Of a stretch of 64,000 nt of DNA, positions 1 through 9,139 are shown piece after piece; the stretch's first letter is position 1, and each line of letters begins with the position of its first letter. A model generated the notes under the pieces. The model was not told where the DNA came from and made no database searches. It worked only from the letters and a program-made list of their open reading frames with translations. Origin of the DNA: a virus (taxonomy: Duplodnaviria; Caudoviricetes); IMG/VR virus record IMGVR_UViG_3300028603_000032, positions 1 through 64,000 of that record; one strand, 5' to 3'. The position numbers and the translations under genes were made by a program.

Positions 1-2772
1 ACGTCGGGCGTCACACTCTCTGCGTCGGCGGACAGCGTGACGGGAGCGAACCGGGTCGCAATCAACACGTCGGCGGACGGCACGTTTTACAGCGCCGGGA
101 GTGATTTCACGGTGATGCTGACGGCCGGCACCGTGGATGGGACCTCGGTTGTCGGCTATGTGGTGGGCCGGTTCACGCTAAGAGAAAGCGCGGCTTATGA
201 TGCTGTGTCGGCGGGTGTTGGACTTGCTGACGGCGCGATTACTGCCGCGAAGATCGCCAGCAATGCCATCACCGACGCCAAGATTTCTTCTGGTGCCCTG
301 ACGGCTCCCAAGTTCGCAGCCGGTGCCTTCGATGCGGTGTGGAGCGTGACAACACGTGTTCTAACGGCCGGCACCAACATCGTGCTTTCCAAAGGCACAG
401 GAGTAACCGGGTTCAACGACCTCGACGCTGCAGGTGTGAGAACCGCAGTCGGTCTTTCATCGGCTAATCTCGATACTCAGTTTGCAGCACGGGATACGGG
501 AGCTGTTGCGACGGCGGTGTGGGGTTCCGCAACGCGCACCGTCACCAACGTTTCCGGGTTCTCCGACACAGGCGTTAATGATCGTCTCGGGCGTATTCTT
601 GCCGACACCGATACCGGCCTCAAAGACGAGATCGCGACCCTGGATACGGGGCTTCGCGCGCTGATCACCGCTTCGGCTGGTGGTGATGCACCTGATACCG
701 GCGCGATCGCTGGTGCCGTGTGGGGCTTCTCAACGCGTGTCCTGACTGCCGGCACGAATATTTCACTGGCCAAGGGAACGGGCGTCACCGGGTTCAATGA
801 TCTCGATGCGGGCGGTATTCGCACTGCGGTCGGTCTTTCGTCGGCAAATCTCGACACGCAACTCGCTGCGCGTGATACCGGCGCTATGGCCGCAGCGGTT
901 TGGGGCTTCAGCACGCGCGTTTTGACTGCTGGCACAAACATCTCCCTAGCAAAGGGATCGGGTGTCACAGGTTTCAACGACCTGAGCCAGGCGGATGTCC
1001 GGACGGCGGTCGGTCTGGTATCAGCCAATCTCGATACGCAACTCGCATCTCGTGACACCGGAGCCGTTGCCTCTGCCGTGTGGGGGTTCAGCTCGCGCGC
1101 CCTGACGGCCTTCAACCACGATACCGGCGTATCCTCGACGGTGTGGAACGCGACGAGCCGGACGGTCACGAACGTGACGGGCTTCAGCGATACCGGCGTG
1201 AATGATCGGCTGTCGAAGATCGGTGGAGATGCCGATACCGGCTTGCGGGATGCGATATCGGATGCGCGCTATGTCGACACCGGGCCTACGGCTGATCTGG
1301 CCGTCCTGCGCGCCGGGGTCAACGTCGCCTCCATCCGCAGCGACACGGGGGCTGCGAGCCGGTTGCAAAAGCTTTCCGGCAATCAGCTCAAAGAGGACGG
1401 AACATTCGACACTGGCACGGGCCAGGCCACGAACACGTTCAACGTTCAGGCGAACGTCACGCTCGATACCGGCACGCCGATCAACGTTCAGGTCGACATC
1501 CCGGCCATCGTCTCCGGTGTGTGGGGCGCTGGTAGTAGGACACTGACCGATATCGATACGGGTGTGATAACCAGCGGGGTATGGTCGGCCAGCGCGCGCA
1601 CGCTGACCAACTATCACGACACCGGCATCGACCAAAGCCTTGCCTTGCTGCAGGCTGGCGTGCATGTCTCATCGTTCACGGATACCGGGGTCTACGACCA
1701 TCTGACGGAGATTGCTGGGAATACCTCATCGAGCGCCGTGGGCAATGCGGTCTGGACCTCGGCAAGCCGCACGCTCACGGATTTCGAGGACACGGGTACG
1801 CTCGATGTTCTCGCCAAGATCCTCGGCGATGCTGACACTGGTTTGCGGGCTGCTATCGCCGCGATCCCCGCAGCAGACACCGGAGCCATTGCTGATGCTG
1901 TGTGGGCGAAGGATACGCGCTCGCTGACTAATTATCACGACACCGGCATCGATCAGGATGTCGCTCGGGTCGCAGCACGCGTAGCGGAAGCCGACACCGG
2001 ATTGCGTTCTGCGATCAACGGCATTCAGGTAGGGGTCGACACAGGCGCTGTTGCGGACGCCGTGTGGAATGCCCAAAAGTCTGCTCATATCGATACCGGA
2101 ACCTTCGGCGAGCACCTTGGCGGTGAGATGGCAGCGTCTTCATCCGTCGACACCGGGGCGATAGCCAATGCGGTTTGGGGTAAGGATGCCCGCACGCTCA
2201 CGGATTACCACGACACAGGGATCAACCAACGCCTCGACGTGATCCGGGGTGATGTGGACACCGGACTGAGGGCAGCGATCTCGGCTGCGACTTACGTGGA
2301 CACCGGCCCGACAGCCGATCTTGCAGTGCTCAGGGCTGGCGTGAACGTGTCGGCATTTTCGGATACAGGGGTCAACAATCGGCTCGCCCGCATTCAGGCG
2401 GAGACGGACACTGGCCTCCGGTCTGCTATACAGGCGGCAGTGTATAGCGACACCGGCCCGACGGCGGATCTTGCTCAGATCATTGCCGACACGACGACAC
2501 TCAAGGCAGGCGTGAACGTCACCAGCTTTGCCGATACTGGTGTCAATAATCGGTTGTCCCGTATCCAGGCCGAGGCCGATACTGGCATCCGCTCGCACAT
2601 CACGGCAGCCGTTCCGAGCGCCAGCATTGCGGCGATCAAGACCCAGACCGACAAGCTGACCTTCGACACGGGCGGCGAGGTGCTGGCGGACATCCGCAAG
2701 GTCAATAACGTCACCGTTGCTGGCACGGGTGATACCGGGCTCGGCGATACCTGGCGGCCGGCAGCAGAATGA
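1..2772 (+). CDS. Repeat-rich virion fibre/spike-like structural protein with ~35 DTG motifs (5' end outside window)
   Basis: Frame is open from base 1. Ala/Thr/Gly/Asp-rich, with three 60-aa repeats (337-516, 718-897, 898-1077) and recurring AVW-x3-R-T-L-T units typical of phage fibre shafts. DTG recurs every ~15-30 aa through most of the protein. Confidence 0.7.
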   Translation, partial: TSGVTLSASADSVTGANRVAINTSADGTFYSAGSDFTVMLTAGTVDGTSVVGYVVGRFTLRESAAYDAVSAGVGLADGAITAAKIASNAITDAKISSGALTAPKFAAGAFDAVWSVTTRVLTAGTNIVLSKGTGVTGFNDLDAAGVRTAVGLSSANLDTQFAARDTGAVATAVWGSATRTVTNVSGFSDTGVNDRLGRILADTDTGLKDEIATLDTGLRALITASAGGDAPDTGAIAGAVWGFSTRVLTAGTNISLAKGTGVTGFNDLDAGGIRTAVGLSSANLDTQLAARDTGAMAAAVWGFSTRVLTAGTNISLAKGSGVTGFNDLSQADVRTAVGLVSANLDTQLASRDTGAVASAVWGFSSRALTAFNHDTGVSSTVWNATSRTVTNVTGFSDTGVNDRLSKIGGDADTGLRDAISDARYVDTGPTADLAVLRAGVNVASIRSDTGAASRLQKLSGNQLKEDGTFDTGTGQATNTFNVQANVTLDTGTPINVQVDIPAIVSGVWGAGSRTLTDIDTGVITSGVWSASARTLTNYHDTGIDQSLALLQAGVHVSSFTDTGVYDHLTEIAGNTSSSAVGNAVWTSASRTLTDFEDTGTLDVLAKILGDADTGLRAAIAAIPAADTGAIADAVWAKDTRSLTNYHDTGIDQDVARVAARVAEADTGLRSAINGIQVGVDTGAVADAVWNAQKSAHIDTGTFGEHLGGEMAASSSVDTGAIANAVWGKDARTLTDYHDTGINQRLDVIRGDVDTGLRAAISAATYVDTGPTADLAVLRAGVNVSAFSDTGVNNRLARIQAETDTGLRSAIQAAVYSDTGPTADLAQIIADTTTLKAGVNVTSFADTGVNNRLSRIQAEADTGIRSHITAAVPSASIAAIKTQTDKLTFDTGGEVLADIRKVNNVTVAGTGDTGLGDTWRPAAE

Positions 2773-2996
2773 CGACGATCACCAAGCGCATCAGCGGGGC
2801 CATTGCTTCGCTGGGCGCTAAAAGAGTCCTAACGCGGGATGCTACGCCAGACATCCCGCCCGTGTTTTCCAACGAGAGTTGGGGCGGTGCGTGGGGCAGG
2901 GCGTGGGGCAGGTCGTGGTTCTTCGCTTCGCCGCTGATCCCCGGCTTGGACCAAAAGCCGTCGGCCAACATCACCAAGCGCGTCGATCTCGACTGA
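2769..2996 (+). CDS. Small hypothetical protein with WGGAWGRAWGRSW repeat
   Basis: ATGA overlap with upstream fibre gene; Trp-Gly repeats. Confidence 0.55.
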   Translation: MTTITKRISGAIASLGAKRVLTRDATPDIPPVFSNESWGGAWGRAWGRSWFFASPLIPGLDQKPSANITKRVDLD

Positions 2997-3042
2997 CGCT
3001 GAGTATCGAGTTTCCATCCATCTCAGAAAGGAACCCTCCCCA

Positions 3043-3348
3043 ATGGCAATCAGCATTGGCCCTGGTGGCTATCTCGACGTGCAGTCCTCAGAGGTCGGCG
3101 CCGAGCGCAACGTCAAGCTGCTCAGCTTCCGTGGCCGCTCCGACACCGGCTTCATTCCGCAGGCGCAGCTTCGCGCTGGCGAGCCTCCCGTTGCCTACGT
3201 GAACGTTAACACTGGCGCTCTGGTGCCGGCGGGCACGTTCGGCGGTGTTGTCACTGGCGGACTTTCTCAGGTTGACACGGGCATCGGCGATCTGTCCGGC
3301 TCCGTGTTCTTCGCCGTCGTCACCGATACCGGCTCACCGGGGCTCTGA
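3043..3348 (+). CDS. Small DTG-bearing putative virion protein (3 DTG in 101 aa)
   Basis: RBS AAAGGAA upstream; Gly/Val-rich; RSDTG, VDTG, TDTG. Confidence 0.65.
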   Translation: MAISIGPGGYLDVQSSEVGAERNVKLLSFRGRSDTGFIPQAQLRAGEPPVAYVNVNTGALVPAGTFGGVVTGGLSQVDTGIGDLSGSVFFAVVTDTGSPGL

Positions 3349-3354
3349 TCCATC

Positions 3355-4023
3355 ATGCTCGACACGATAGAGGGACACGTCGAGGCGGGTGGTGAGGTTG
3401 CGGCTCCGGCAATCGTGCGTAGTCGCTTGCGTGGAATTGCGGTGCTGGGCAGCCATCCCCAGACCAAGCGCCTTGCTCCCTACCATGACGACGGGTTCTT
3501 GATTTACGCCTGCTCCCCGGACAACTCACCCTACGGGTTCAGCCCGGATGCATGCGCGCCGCCGCGTGTGGACCAGTTTTTTGAAATTCACCGGCCCGTG
3601 TTCGATAGGTCCCGCCCCTACGAGTACCTCGACTGGCTGCGCAACATCCCGGTCGTCTGGATGCGCGATCCGGTGGCGATCCGGTTTCGTGCGGAGAATG
3701 GCGAGCCTCTGTTCCCGACCGCCCGTCTTTATCCCGAGAAGGAAATGAAGGCACGGTTCGGAGCGTTCACCTTTACGAGCTCCATCGCCTTCATCATGGC
3801 AAAAGCCATCGTGGACATCGAGAAGATGATGGATGAGGGCCGCATGGGCGGGAGTGAGCCGCCGATGCTGGGCCTGTGGGGCATCCTGCAAAGCTCCAAG
3901 GTCGAGTACGAGAAGCAGCGCCAGGGCACGCAGAACATGATCTGGCAGGCGACGCAAAGCGGGATCAAGGTTCTTGCAGCTCAGGAAAGCCGTCTGTTCG
4001 ATCCGCCGCCCGAGGATTTCTAA
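3355..4023 (+). CDS. Phage protein tentatively GT29/Maf-like (sialyltransferase-type Rossmann fold) glycosyltransferase
   Basis: N-terminal IAVLGSHP..AP..D motif, DQFFEIH, FTSSIAFIMAKAI, LGLWGI..EYEKQR. I recognise these from phage proteins near GT clusters; the fold assignment is inference. Confidence 0.45.
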   Translation: MLDTIEGHVEAGGEVAAPAIVRSRLRGIAVLGSHPQTKRLAPYHDDGFLIYACSPDNSPYGFSPDACAPPRVDQFFEIHRPVFDRSRPYEYLDWLRNIPVVWMRDPVAIRFRAENGEPLFPTARLYPEKEMKARFGAFTFTSSIAFIMAKAIVDIEKMMDEGRMGGSEPPMLGLWGILQSSKVEYEKQRQGTQNMIWQATQSGIKVLAAQESRLFDPPPEDF

Positions 4024-4026
4024 CCA

Positions 4027-4359
4027 ATGACAAAATCTCCATCATGGATGGCGCGTGTAATTCTCGCCGTGTGCCCCGACATTGAGCACGCACGCAGTTA
4101 TCCAGGCTACGTTCAAATAAGGCATGGATTTGCAACGAGTAATTTTCCCAAGAGAGGGCTGGCGAGTTGCCTACGCGAATTGGGGCGAAACCGCCGGTGG
4201 GTTCGCAGGAGGAACCGAATTTATCTCGCTCTTGCATTTCTCGGCGTGCCGATCGAGCGCAGGATGAAAATTGCCAATAACGTCGCCCGTTCCGTGTTGG
4301 GCGATTGTCCGCCGTATCCAGAGAGCCGTGCGGAGTTCCGTGGGGCAGGTGATTTCTGA
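4027..4359 (+). CDS. Hypothetical protein
   Basis: ATG 4 nt after upstream stop fills the gap; no recognisable motif. Confidence 0.3.
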   Translation: MTKSPSWMARVILAVCPDIEHARSYPGYVQIRHGFATSNFPKRGLASCLRELGRNRRWVRRRNRIYLALAFLGVPIERRMKIANNVARSVLGDCPPYPESRAEFRGAGDF

Positions 4360-4427
4360 GTGGACAACGCTGCAATTCAGTATAGCGGGTCGATTCTTGT
4401 CGGGCCGAATTTGGTATATTCGTCATC

Positions 4428-5171
4428 ATGATTACCGTCGCTTCATTCCTCTGGTTCGATGGCGCCCGCCAGCGCTCCTACCAGTTCTCCGCCGATGATA
4501 TCCGCATCTGGAAGAGCATGGTGAGCCGCGACCTCACCGTTCCGCACCGGATCGTCTGTGTGACCCACCGGCCCGATCTGGTGGAAGACTTCATCGAGAC
4601 GATTCCGCTCGACACGGCAAAGCATGTGCCGGGAACCTGCTGCGTGAAGCTCCAGGCCCACAAGCCGGGCGGTGTCGCCAAGGAAGGCGAGCGCGTATTG
4701 CTGATGGACATCGACTGTGTGGTGACGGGGAACCTCGATCCGCTGGTGACGATGGATGAGCCGTATCGGTTCTGGCACAATCCGAATTTCGAGCGCGGCG
4801 GGCGGCGCGGTTTCATCCAAGGCTCGCTGCAACTCTTCACGGTCGGTGCCACGGAATGCTTGTGGCGCGATTTCGACCCGCGCACGACTCCGGGATGGTA
4901 CAATCGCCGCTTCGGAGGCGCCGAGCAGGCTTGGATCTCCGAGCGCCTGAACACCGCCTATCCGGATGCAGGATGGGAATGGAACGTGCCGACGTTCACG
5001 GATGCTGATGGCATCTACGGCGCTGGTCGGCTCGTCAACGGCAAGATGGGCAACGGAGTTCAATCGGAGTTGCCGGAGAATGCGCGGATCGTGTTCTTTC
5101 CGGGAGATCGCGCGGCAACGCAGCCGCAGGTTCAGGCGGTGCATCCGTGGATCGCAAGCCATCTCTACTGA
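4428..5171 (+). CDS. GT-A fold glycosyltransferase (GT8-like, DxD)
   Basis: MVSRDLTVPHRIVCVT, KLQAH, RVLLMDIDCVVTGNLDPL (DxD), C-terminal ARIVFFPG. No TM segment. Confidence 0.8.
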   Translation: MITVASFLWFDGARQRSYQFSADDIRIWKSMVSRDLTVPHRIVCVTHRPDLVEDFIETIPLDTAKHVPGTCCVKLQAHKPGGVAKEGERVLLMDIDCVVTGNLDPLVTMDEPYRFWHNPNFERGGRRGFIQGSLQLFTVGATECLWRDFDPRTTPGWYNRRFGGAEQAWISERLNTAYPDAGWEWNVPTFTDADGIYGAGRLVNGKMGNGVQSELPENARIVFFPGDRAATQPQVQAVHPWIASHLY

Positions 5172-5178
5172 GGGACAA

Positions 5179-5352
5179 ATGACAGAGCCGACTTTCTTCG
5201 ACAGCTTTAGCGATCTCGAGAAACGGTATCTTTGGGATCTCCTTGCAACTGGCCTTTATGGGGAGACACTTGAGGATGTCATGCGGGAGCTAATCCGCGG
5301 AGGTTTGCGGCGGGCTGCTGAGAAGAAACTTGTCTCGCTTAATCGGGAGTGA
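5179..5352 (+). CDS. Small hypothetical protein
   Basis: RBS GAGGGA, ATG at 5179, 57 aa. Confidence 0.45.
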   Translation: MTEPTFFDSFSDLEKRYLWDLLATGLYGETLEDVMRELIRGGLRRAAEKKLVSLNRE

Positions 5353-5356
5353 TCCT

Positions 5357-5953
5357 GTGACCGATTCCATGATGGAATACCTGCCCCCGGCTGGCAGTGG
5401 CCCACTGAAATACACCGGACAGGTTGCCTCCGGTTACGACGCCAAGCGCGAGCAATCGCCCAAGTGGACCTGCGAGCAGCGCATCATCGAGTCATGGATC
5501 GACGACATGCCGGAAGGCTCCGTGATCCTCGATGCTCCCTGTGGGACAGGGCGGTTCTTCTCGGCCTACGAGCGCAACAAGCATCTCGTTCTCGGGCTCG
5601 ACATTTCTCCGGACATGATTGCGCAGGCACGAGTGAAGATCACCCAGCCGAACCTGTTCAAGTTCGGGATCGGAGACGTGCGCTCCGTGCCTTTGGAGAA
5701 CAAGCAGGTCGACGCTACTATAAATGTGAGAATCACTAGGTGGTTATCACCAAGCGATTGCGTCCGAATGATGAAAGAGATGCAACGCGTATCAAAGGAT
5801 AGAATTATAATAACCGCCCGCGTGGCTAACCATCTGCACGCCAGAACAGTAGAGCTCTTTCAGTCCGCCTTGGAAGAAGACTGGTCCATCGTTCGCAATG
5901 AAGTAGGGTACGTCATGGATTATCGCGTGTTGATGTTCCAGAGGAAGAAATGA
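5357..5953 (+). CDS. Class I SAM-dependent methyltransferase (Methyltransf_11/25-like)
   Basis: ILDAPCGTG motif I, GLDIS motif II, GDV; GTG start 5357 with GGGAG RBS. Confidence 0.85.
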   Translation: MTDSMMEYLPPAGSGPLKYTGQVASGYDAKREQSPKWTCEQRIIESWIDDMPEGSVILDAPCGTGRFFSAYERNKHLVLGLDISPDMIAQARVKITQPNLFKFGIGDVRSVPLENKQVDATINVRITRWLSPSDCVRMMKEMQRVSKDRIIITARVANHLHARTVELFQSALEEDWSIVRNEVGYVMDYRVLMFQRKK

Positions 5954-6600
5954 TAGGAACTCGCTTCACTAGGTGGGTAGTCATCGCTGAGGCCGCTAGG
6001 TACGTTGCGCCTAACGGCAGGAAGAACCGCGCTTGGCTATGCAGGTGCGATTGCGGTGTCGAGCGCGTTGTTACGCAAATGAGGCTTCGCAGTGGGGACT
6101 CTAAGAGCTGTGGGTGCTTAAAGGCGGAAAAGCTGGCGTACATCAGGAGAACCCATGGTCACTTTTCTGGCCGCAAAGTGACGCCAACTCTCAATTCGTG
6201 GCGTTCGATGATGCTGAGATGCAACCCATCTTATCGCTTATATAAGGACTATGGCGGGCGCGGTATAAAAATTTGCGAACGGTGGCATAAGTTTGAGAAC
6301 TTTCTAGAGGATATGGGAGAGCGTCCTCCTGGGACGACACTCGAACGGATCGACGTCAATGGATATTACGAACCCGGCAACTGCCGATGGGCTACACGAT
6401 TAGAGCAGGGAAACAACAAGAGGAATAACAGGTTCATCGACTGCTTTGGTAAGCGGGTGACGCTCGCGGAAGCAGAGAGAATCACCGGGGTGCCGCAACA
6501 TACAATTGCCGCGAGGATAAAGCGGGGATGGAGTGTTTGTGATGCTCTGACAAAGCCCCCCCGAGTGTTGCGTCGCGCAAAACGGGCAATTGCCACATGA
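5950..6600 (+). CDS. HNH-type homing endonuclease
   Basis: WLCRCDCG..SKSCGC N-terminus; YGGRGIKICERW..FENFLEDMG.RP..TLERIDVNGYYEPGNCRWAT. Confidence 0.85.
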   Translation: MIGTRFTRWVVIAEAARYVAPNGRKNRAWLCRCDCGVERVVTQMRLRSGDSKSCGCLKAEKLAYIRRTHGHFSGRKVTPTLNSWRSMMLRCNPSYRLYKDYGGRGIKICERWHKFENFLEDMGERPPGTTLERIDVNGYYEPGNCRWATRLEQGNNKRNNRFIDCFGKRVTLAEAERITGVPQHTIAARIKRGWSVCDALTKPPRVLRRAKRAIAT

Positions 6601-6863
6601 GCCTGACCGTCTGCACCTACTTCTGGTTCGATCCCAACAGCAAGCACAACCTGAACTACGTCTCCCCGCCCGACAACGTGCGCATGATGCAGGAAATGCA
6701 GCGCGTTGCGTGCAAGGGGATTATCTGGACGGCACGCGTTTCTGATCATCCGCATGCTAGAACGCGTGAGTTGTTCGAATCCGCCCTCGATGGCTGGAAG
6801 ATCACGCGGGATGAAGCCGGGTATACGATGGCATATCGCATAATGATGGCGGAGCCCGTCTGA
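6597..6863 (+). pseudogene. Chimeric remnant: GT N-terminus fused to methyltransferase C-terminus
   Basis: MSLTVCTYFWFD resembles the GT starts (MTLSVCAYFWHD, MITVASFLWFD). SPPDNVRMMQEMQRV...ARVSDHPHARTRELFESAL..W.I.R.EAGY.M.YR aligns with the C-terminus of 5357-5953. Confidence 0.65.
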
Positions 6864-7348
6864 TGCAGCGCCACATCAAACGCTGGGATGTCCTGCTGGA
6901 GCTCGTTCGCCAGAACGGCTGGCGCAAAGGTGCCGAGATCGGCGTCCTCAACGGGGCGACGTTCTTCCATCTGCTCGACAACGTGCCCGGCCTGGAGATG
7001 ACCGCCGTCGACAAGTGGGCGGCGGACAACCCGATCTACGGGGACATGCGGCCAATCGGTGAAGAGTTCAGGCTTCGGGCCAGAGCCTTCGGGGATCGCG
7101 TTACGATTCTGCAGGGCAATTCGGGCGACATGGCGCATGATGTAAAGGACGGCTCGCTTGATTTCTGTTTCATCGACGCGGATCACTCGACGGAAGCGGC
7201 GCGGGCGGACATCGCGGCCTGGGCGCCGAAGGTTCGTAAGGGCGGCGCGATCCTCGGTCACGACATCGACTTCCCGAGCGTCGAAGCAGCGGTGAAGGAG
7301 TTCGGCAACTACCAAGTTCTTCCGGATGATGTGTGGGTGCTTCTATGA
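6863..7348 (+). CDS. Class I SAM-dependent methyltransferase (Methyltransf_24-like, sugar O-methyltransferase type)
   Basis: GAEIGVLNG, FCFIDADHS, KVRKGGAILGHD. Confidence 0.85.
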   Translation: MQRHIKRWDVLLELVRQNGWRKGAEIGVLNGATFFHLLDNVPGLEMTAVDKWAADNPIYGDMRPIGEEFRLRARAFGDRVTILQGNSGDMAHDVKDGSLDFCFIDADHSTEAARADIAAWAPKVRKGGAILGHDIDFPSVEAAVKEFGNYQVLPDDVWVLL

Positions 7349-8052
7349 CCCTGAGCGTCTGCGCCTACTTCTGGCACGATGACCGGAGCAAGAACAGGTA
7401 CGCGACCGACGACGTTCGCCTGCTGCAAAGGATGGTGAACCGGCATCTGACCGTGCCGCACGAGTTCGTGGTCATCACGGATCGTCCGGAGTTGTTCAGA
7501 GACGATAGCGAGATCCGGGCGGTTCCGATCGATTGGACCACGCATATTCCGGGCCGGTGCTTCGTCAAGCTGATGACGTTCGGCCCGCACATGAAGGCCG
7601 TCGGCGAGCGTGTTCTCGTCATGGACCTCGACGTGATCGTGACCGGCAACATGGACGCCATCGTCGATCGGTACGAGCCGATTGTCCTGTGGCGCAACCC
7701 GACACGAGTTCCATGGGATAACCCGTCGAAGCCGAGCCGCCCATATTACAACACGAGCATCGTTCTTCATCGCACGGGGACATTGACTGACCTGTGGATG
7801 CGTTTCAATCCGAAGCGCCCGATCGTTCGCGATGACCAGTGGTGGGTCTCGGGATTGCTCGGGCCGAACGTGCCCTATTGGGATGCAAGCCACGGGATTT
7901 ACCGGATTGCCCGAGAGGATACACCGGGAAGCGGAGTGCAGGGAACGTTGCCTGAGAATGCACGCATCGTCTTCTTTCCGGGCAGCGAAGGCAAGGCCAC
8001 GGACCCGCGCGTCATTGCGGCCAATCCGTGGATCGAGGGACATTGGAAGTAA
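7345..8052 (+). CDS. GT-A fold glycosyltransferase, paralog of 4428-5171
   Basis: RHLTVPHEFVVITD, VKLMTF, RVLVMDLDVIVTGNMD (DxD), LPENARIVFFPG shared with paralog. Confidence 0.8.
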   Translation: MTLSVCAYFWHDDRSKNRYATDDVRLLQRMVNRHLTVPHEFVVITDRPELFRDDSEIRAVPIDWTTHIPGRCFVKLMTFGPHMKAVGERVLVMDLDVIVTGNMDAIVDRYEPIVLWRNPTRVPWDNPSKPSRPYYNTSIVLHRTGTLTDLWMRFNPKRPIVRDDQWWVSGLLGPNVPYWDASHGIYRIAREDTPGSGVQGTLPENARIVFFPGSEGKATDPRVIAANPWIEGHWK

Positions 8053-8462
8053 TGGCACGCACCAAAACAGACCCGCTGATCTCAGCGCTGATCGCCAAGC
8101 TCCCGCCTTCGGGTGAAGGCTGGCCGGTCGATCGCCAGATCGCATGGCTGAAGATGATGGCCCAAGCCTTTGCGGTCGTCTACGGCGGGAATGCCGTCGC
8201 GCAACTCGATGCGCAGGAAGTGGCGGCACCCAAGGCTGCACCCGCCCCGCCGCCTCCGAAGCCTGAGCCAAAGTATCCGTTCGTCATCGACACGCAAGGC
8301 TACGTTCGCAAGAGCAACGCCAAGGGCAAGCGTGTGCTTCCCGGCGAAATAGACAACGTGGTCCATGATCTCAGCAACGGCGCCGTCGATCTGAGAAGCA
8401 TCATCTGGGCAGATGACTCGACAGGGCTCAATGGGGCTGATCTGACGATTGTGGGGGCGTAG
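8052..8462 (+). CDS. Hypothetical protein
   Basis: TAATG overlap with GT; Pro-rich linker. Confidence 0.55.
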   Translation: MARTKTDPLISALIAKLPPSGEGWPVDRQIAWLKMMAQAFAVVYGGNAVAQLDAQEVAAPKAAPAPPPPKPEPKYPFVIDTQGYVRKSNAKGKRVLPGEIDNVVHDLSNGAVDLRSIIWADDSTGLNGADLTIVGA

Positions 8463-9139
8463 TGCATTTCCTGGACATCGCCGGTTGCCCCGGAAGCGGC
8501 AAGAGCACACTCTGTTATCCGATCTGGGGGGACAGAAGCGTCGGCTGGGACGGCAAGCTCCCACCGGCCTACTGGAAACCCTTTCTCGACGAGATCACCG
8601 AACTGATGATGCTCGTCAGGGATCACGAGTCATTTCAGGCCGTGATCCGCATGAATGACCGCTCCGCCAAGAAGATGGCGACGGTCGAGCGGATGATTGA
8701 CGACCGCGTGTTCATCCAGACCGGGTTGGTACAGCGCATCTTGGGCTTCGGCTGGCGGCTCCATCAGATGGGCCGGGACGTGAACCTGATCCGCAGGGCA
8801 CTGTGGCTGATGCCGGTTAGCGTCGGCGTCGTGTTCCTCGAAGCGGACGTTGAGGTCGTCAAGGAGCGCAACCGCCAGCGCCGGAACAACCCGGCGACGG
8901 CTCACGAAGACCGCTCGTTCCAAATAGAGCCGATGCTTCCCGCAATCGCAGTGGCGAAGGAGGTGCTTCGTGAGCGAGGCGTTCCCGTCCTGGAGCTCGA
9001 CGTGCAGCATCAGTCCATTGACGATGCCAGAGCCGAGCTTGTCGCGTTCTCGAACTGTGGACCTTGTGAGCCCGCGCAGATGGGACTTGGCCATCAAGAA
9101 GCGCTACTTCGCGCACTTCCTCCATGGTGGAGATCGTGA
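8462..9139 (+). CDS. P-loop kinase (NMP/sugar kinase-like)
   Basis: DIAGCPGSGKST Walker A; VVFLEADVEVVKERNRQR lid-like segment. Confidence 0.7.
   Translation: MHFLDIAGCPGSGKSTLCYPIWGDRSVGWDGKLPPAYWKPFLDEITELMMLVRDHESFQAVIRMNDRSAKKMATVERMIDDRVFIQTGLVQRILGFGWRLHQMGRDVNLIRRALWLMPVSVGVVFLEADVEVVKERNRQRRNNPATAHEDRSFQIEPMLPAIAVAKEVLRERGVPVLELDVQHQSIDDARAELVAFSNCGPCEPAQMGLGHQEALLRALPPWWRS

Noticed and set aside
1-2772. DNA-level tandem repeat or CRISPR-like array explaining the DTG periodicity
   Set aside because: Synonymous codons differ between copies and spacing is irregular; it is a protein-level pattern in an open frame.
7309-8271. 320-aa minus-strand ORF and similar shadows (11468-12622, 15120-16076)
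   Set aside because: They lie opposite well-supported GT, terminase/portal and capsid genes.
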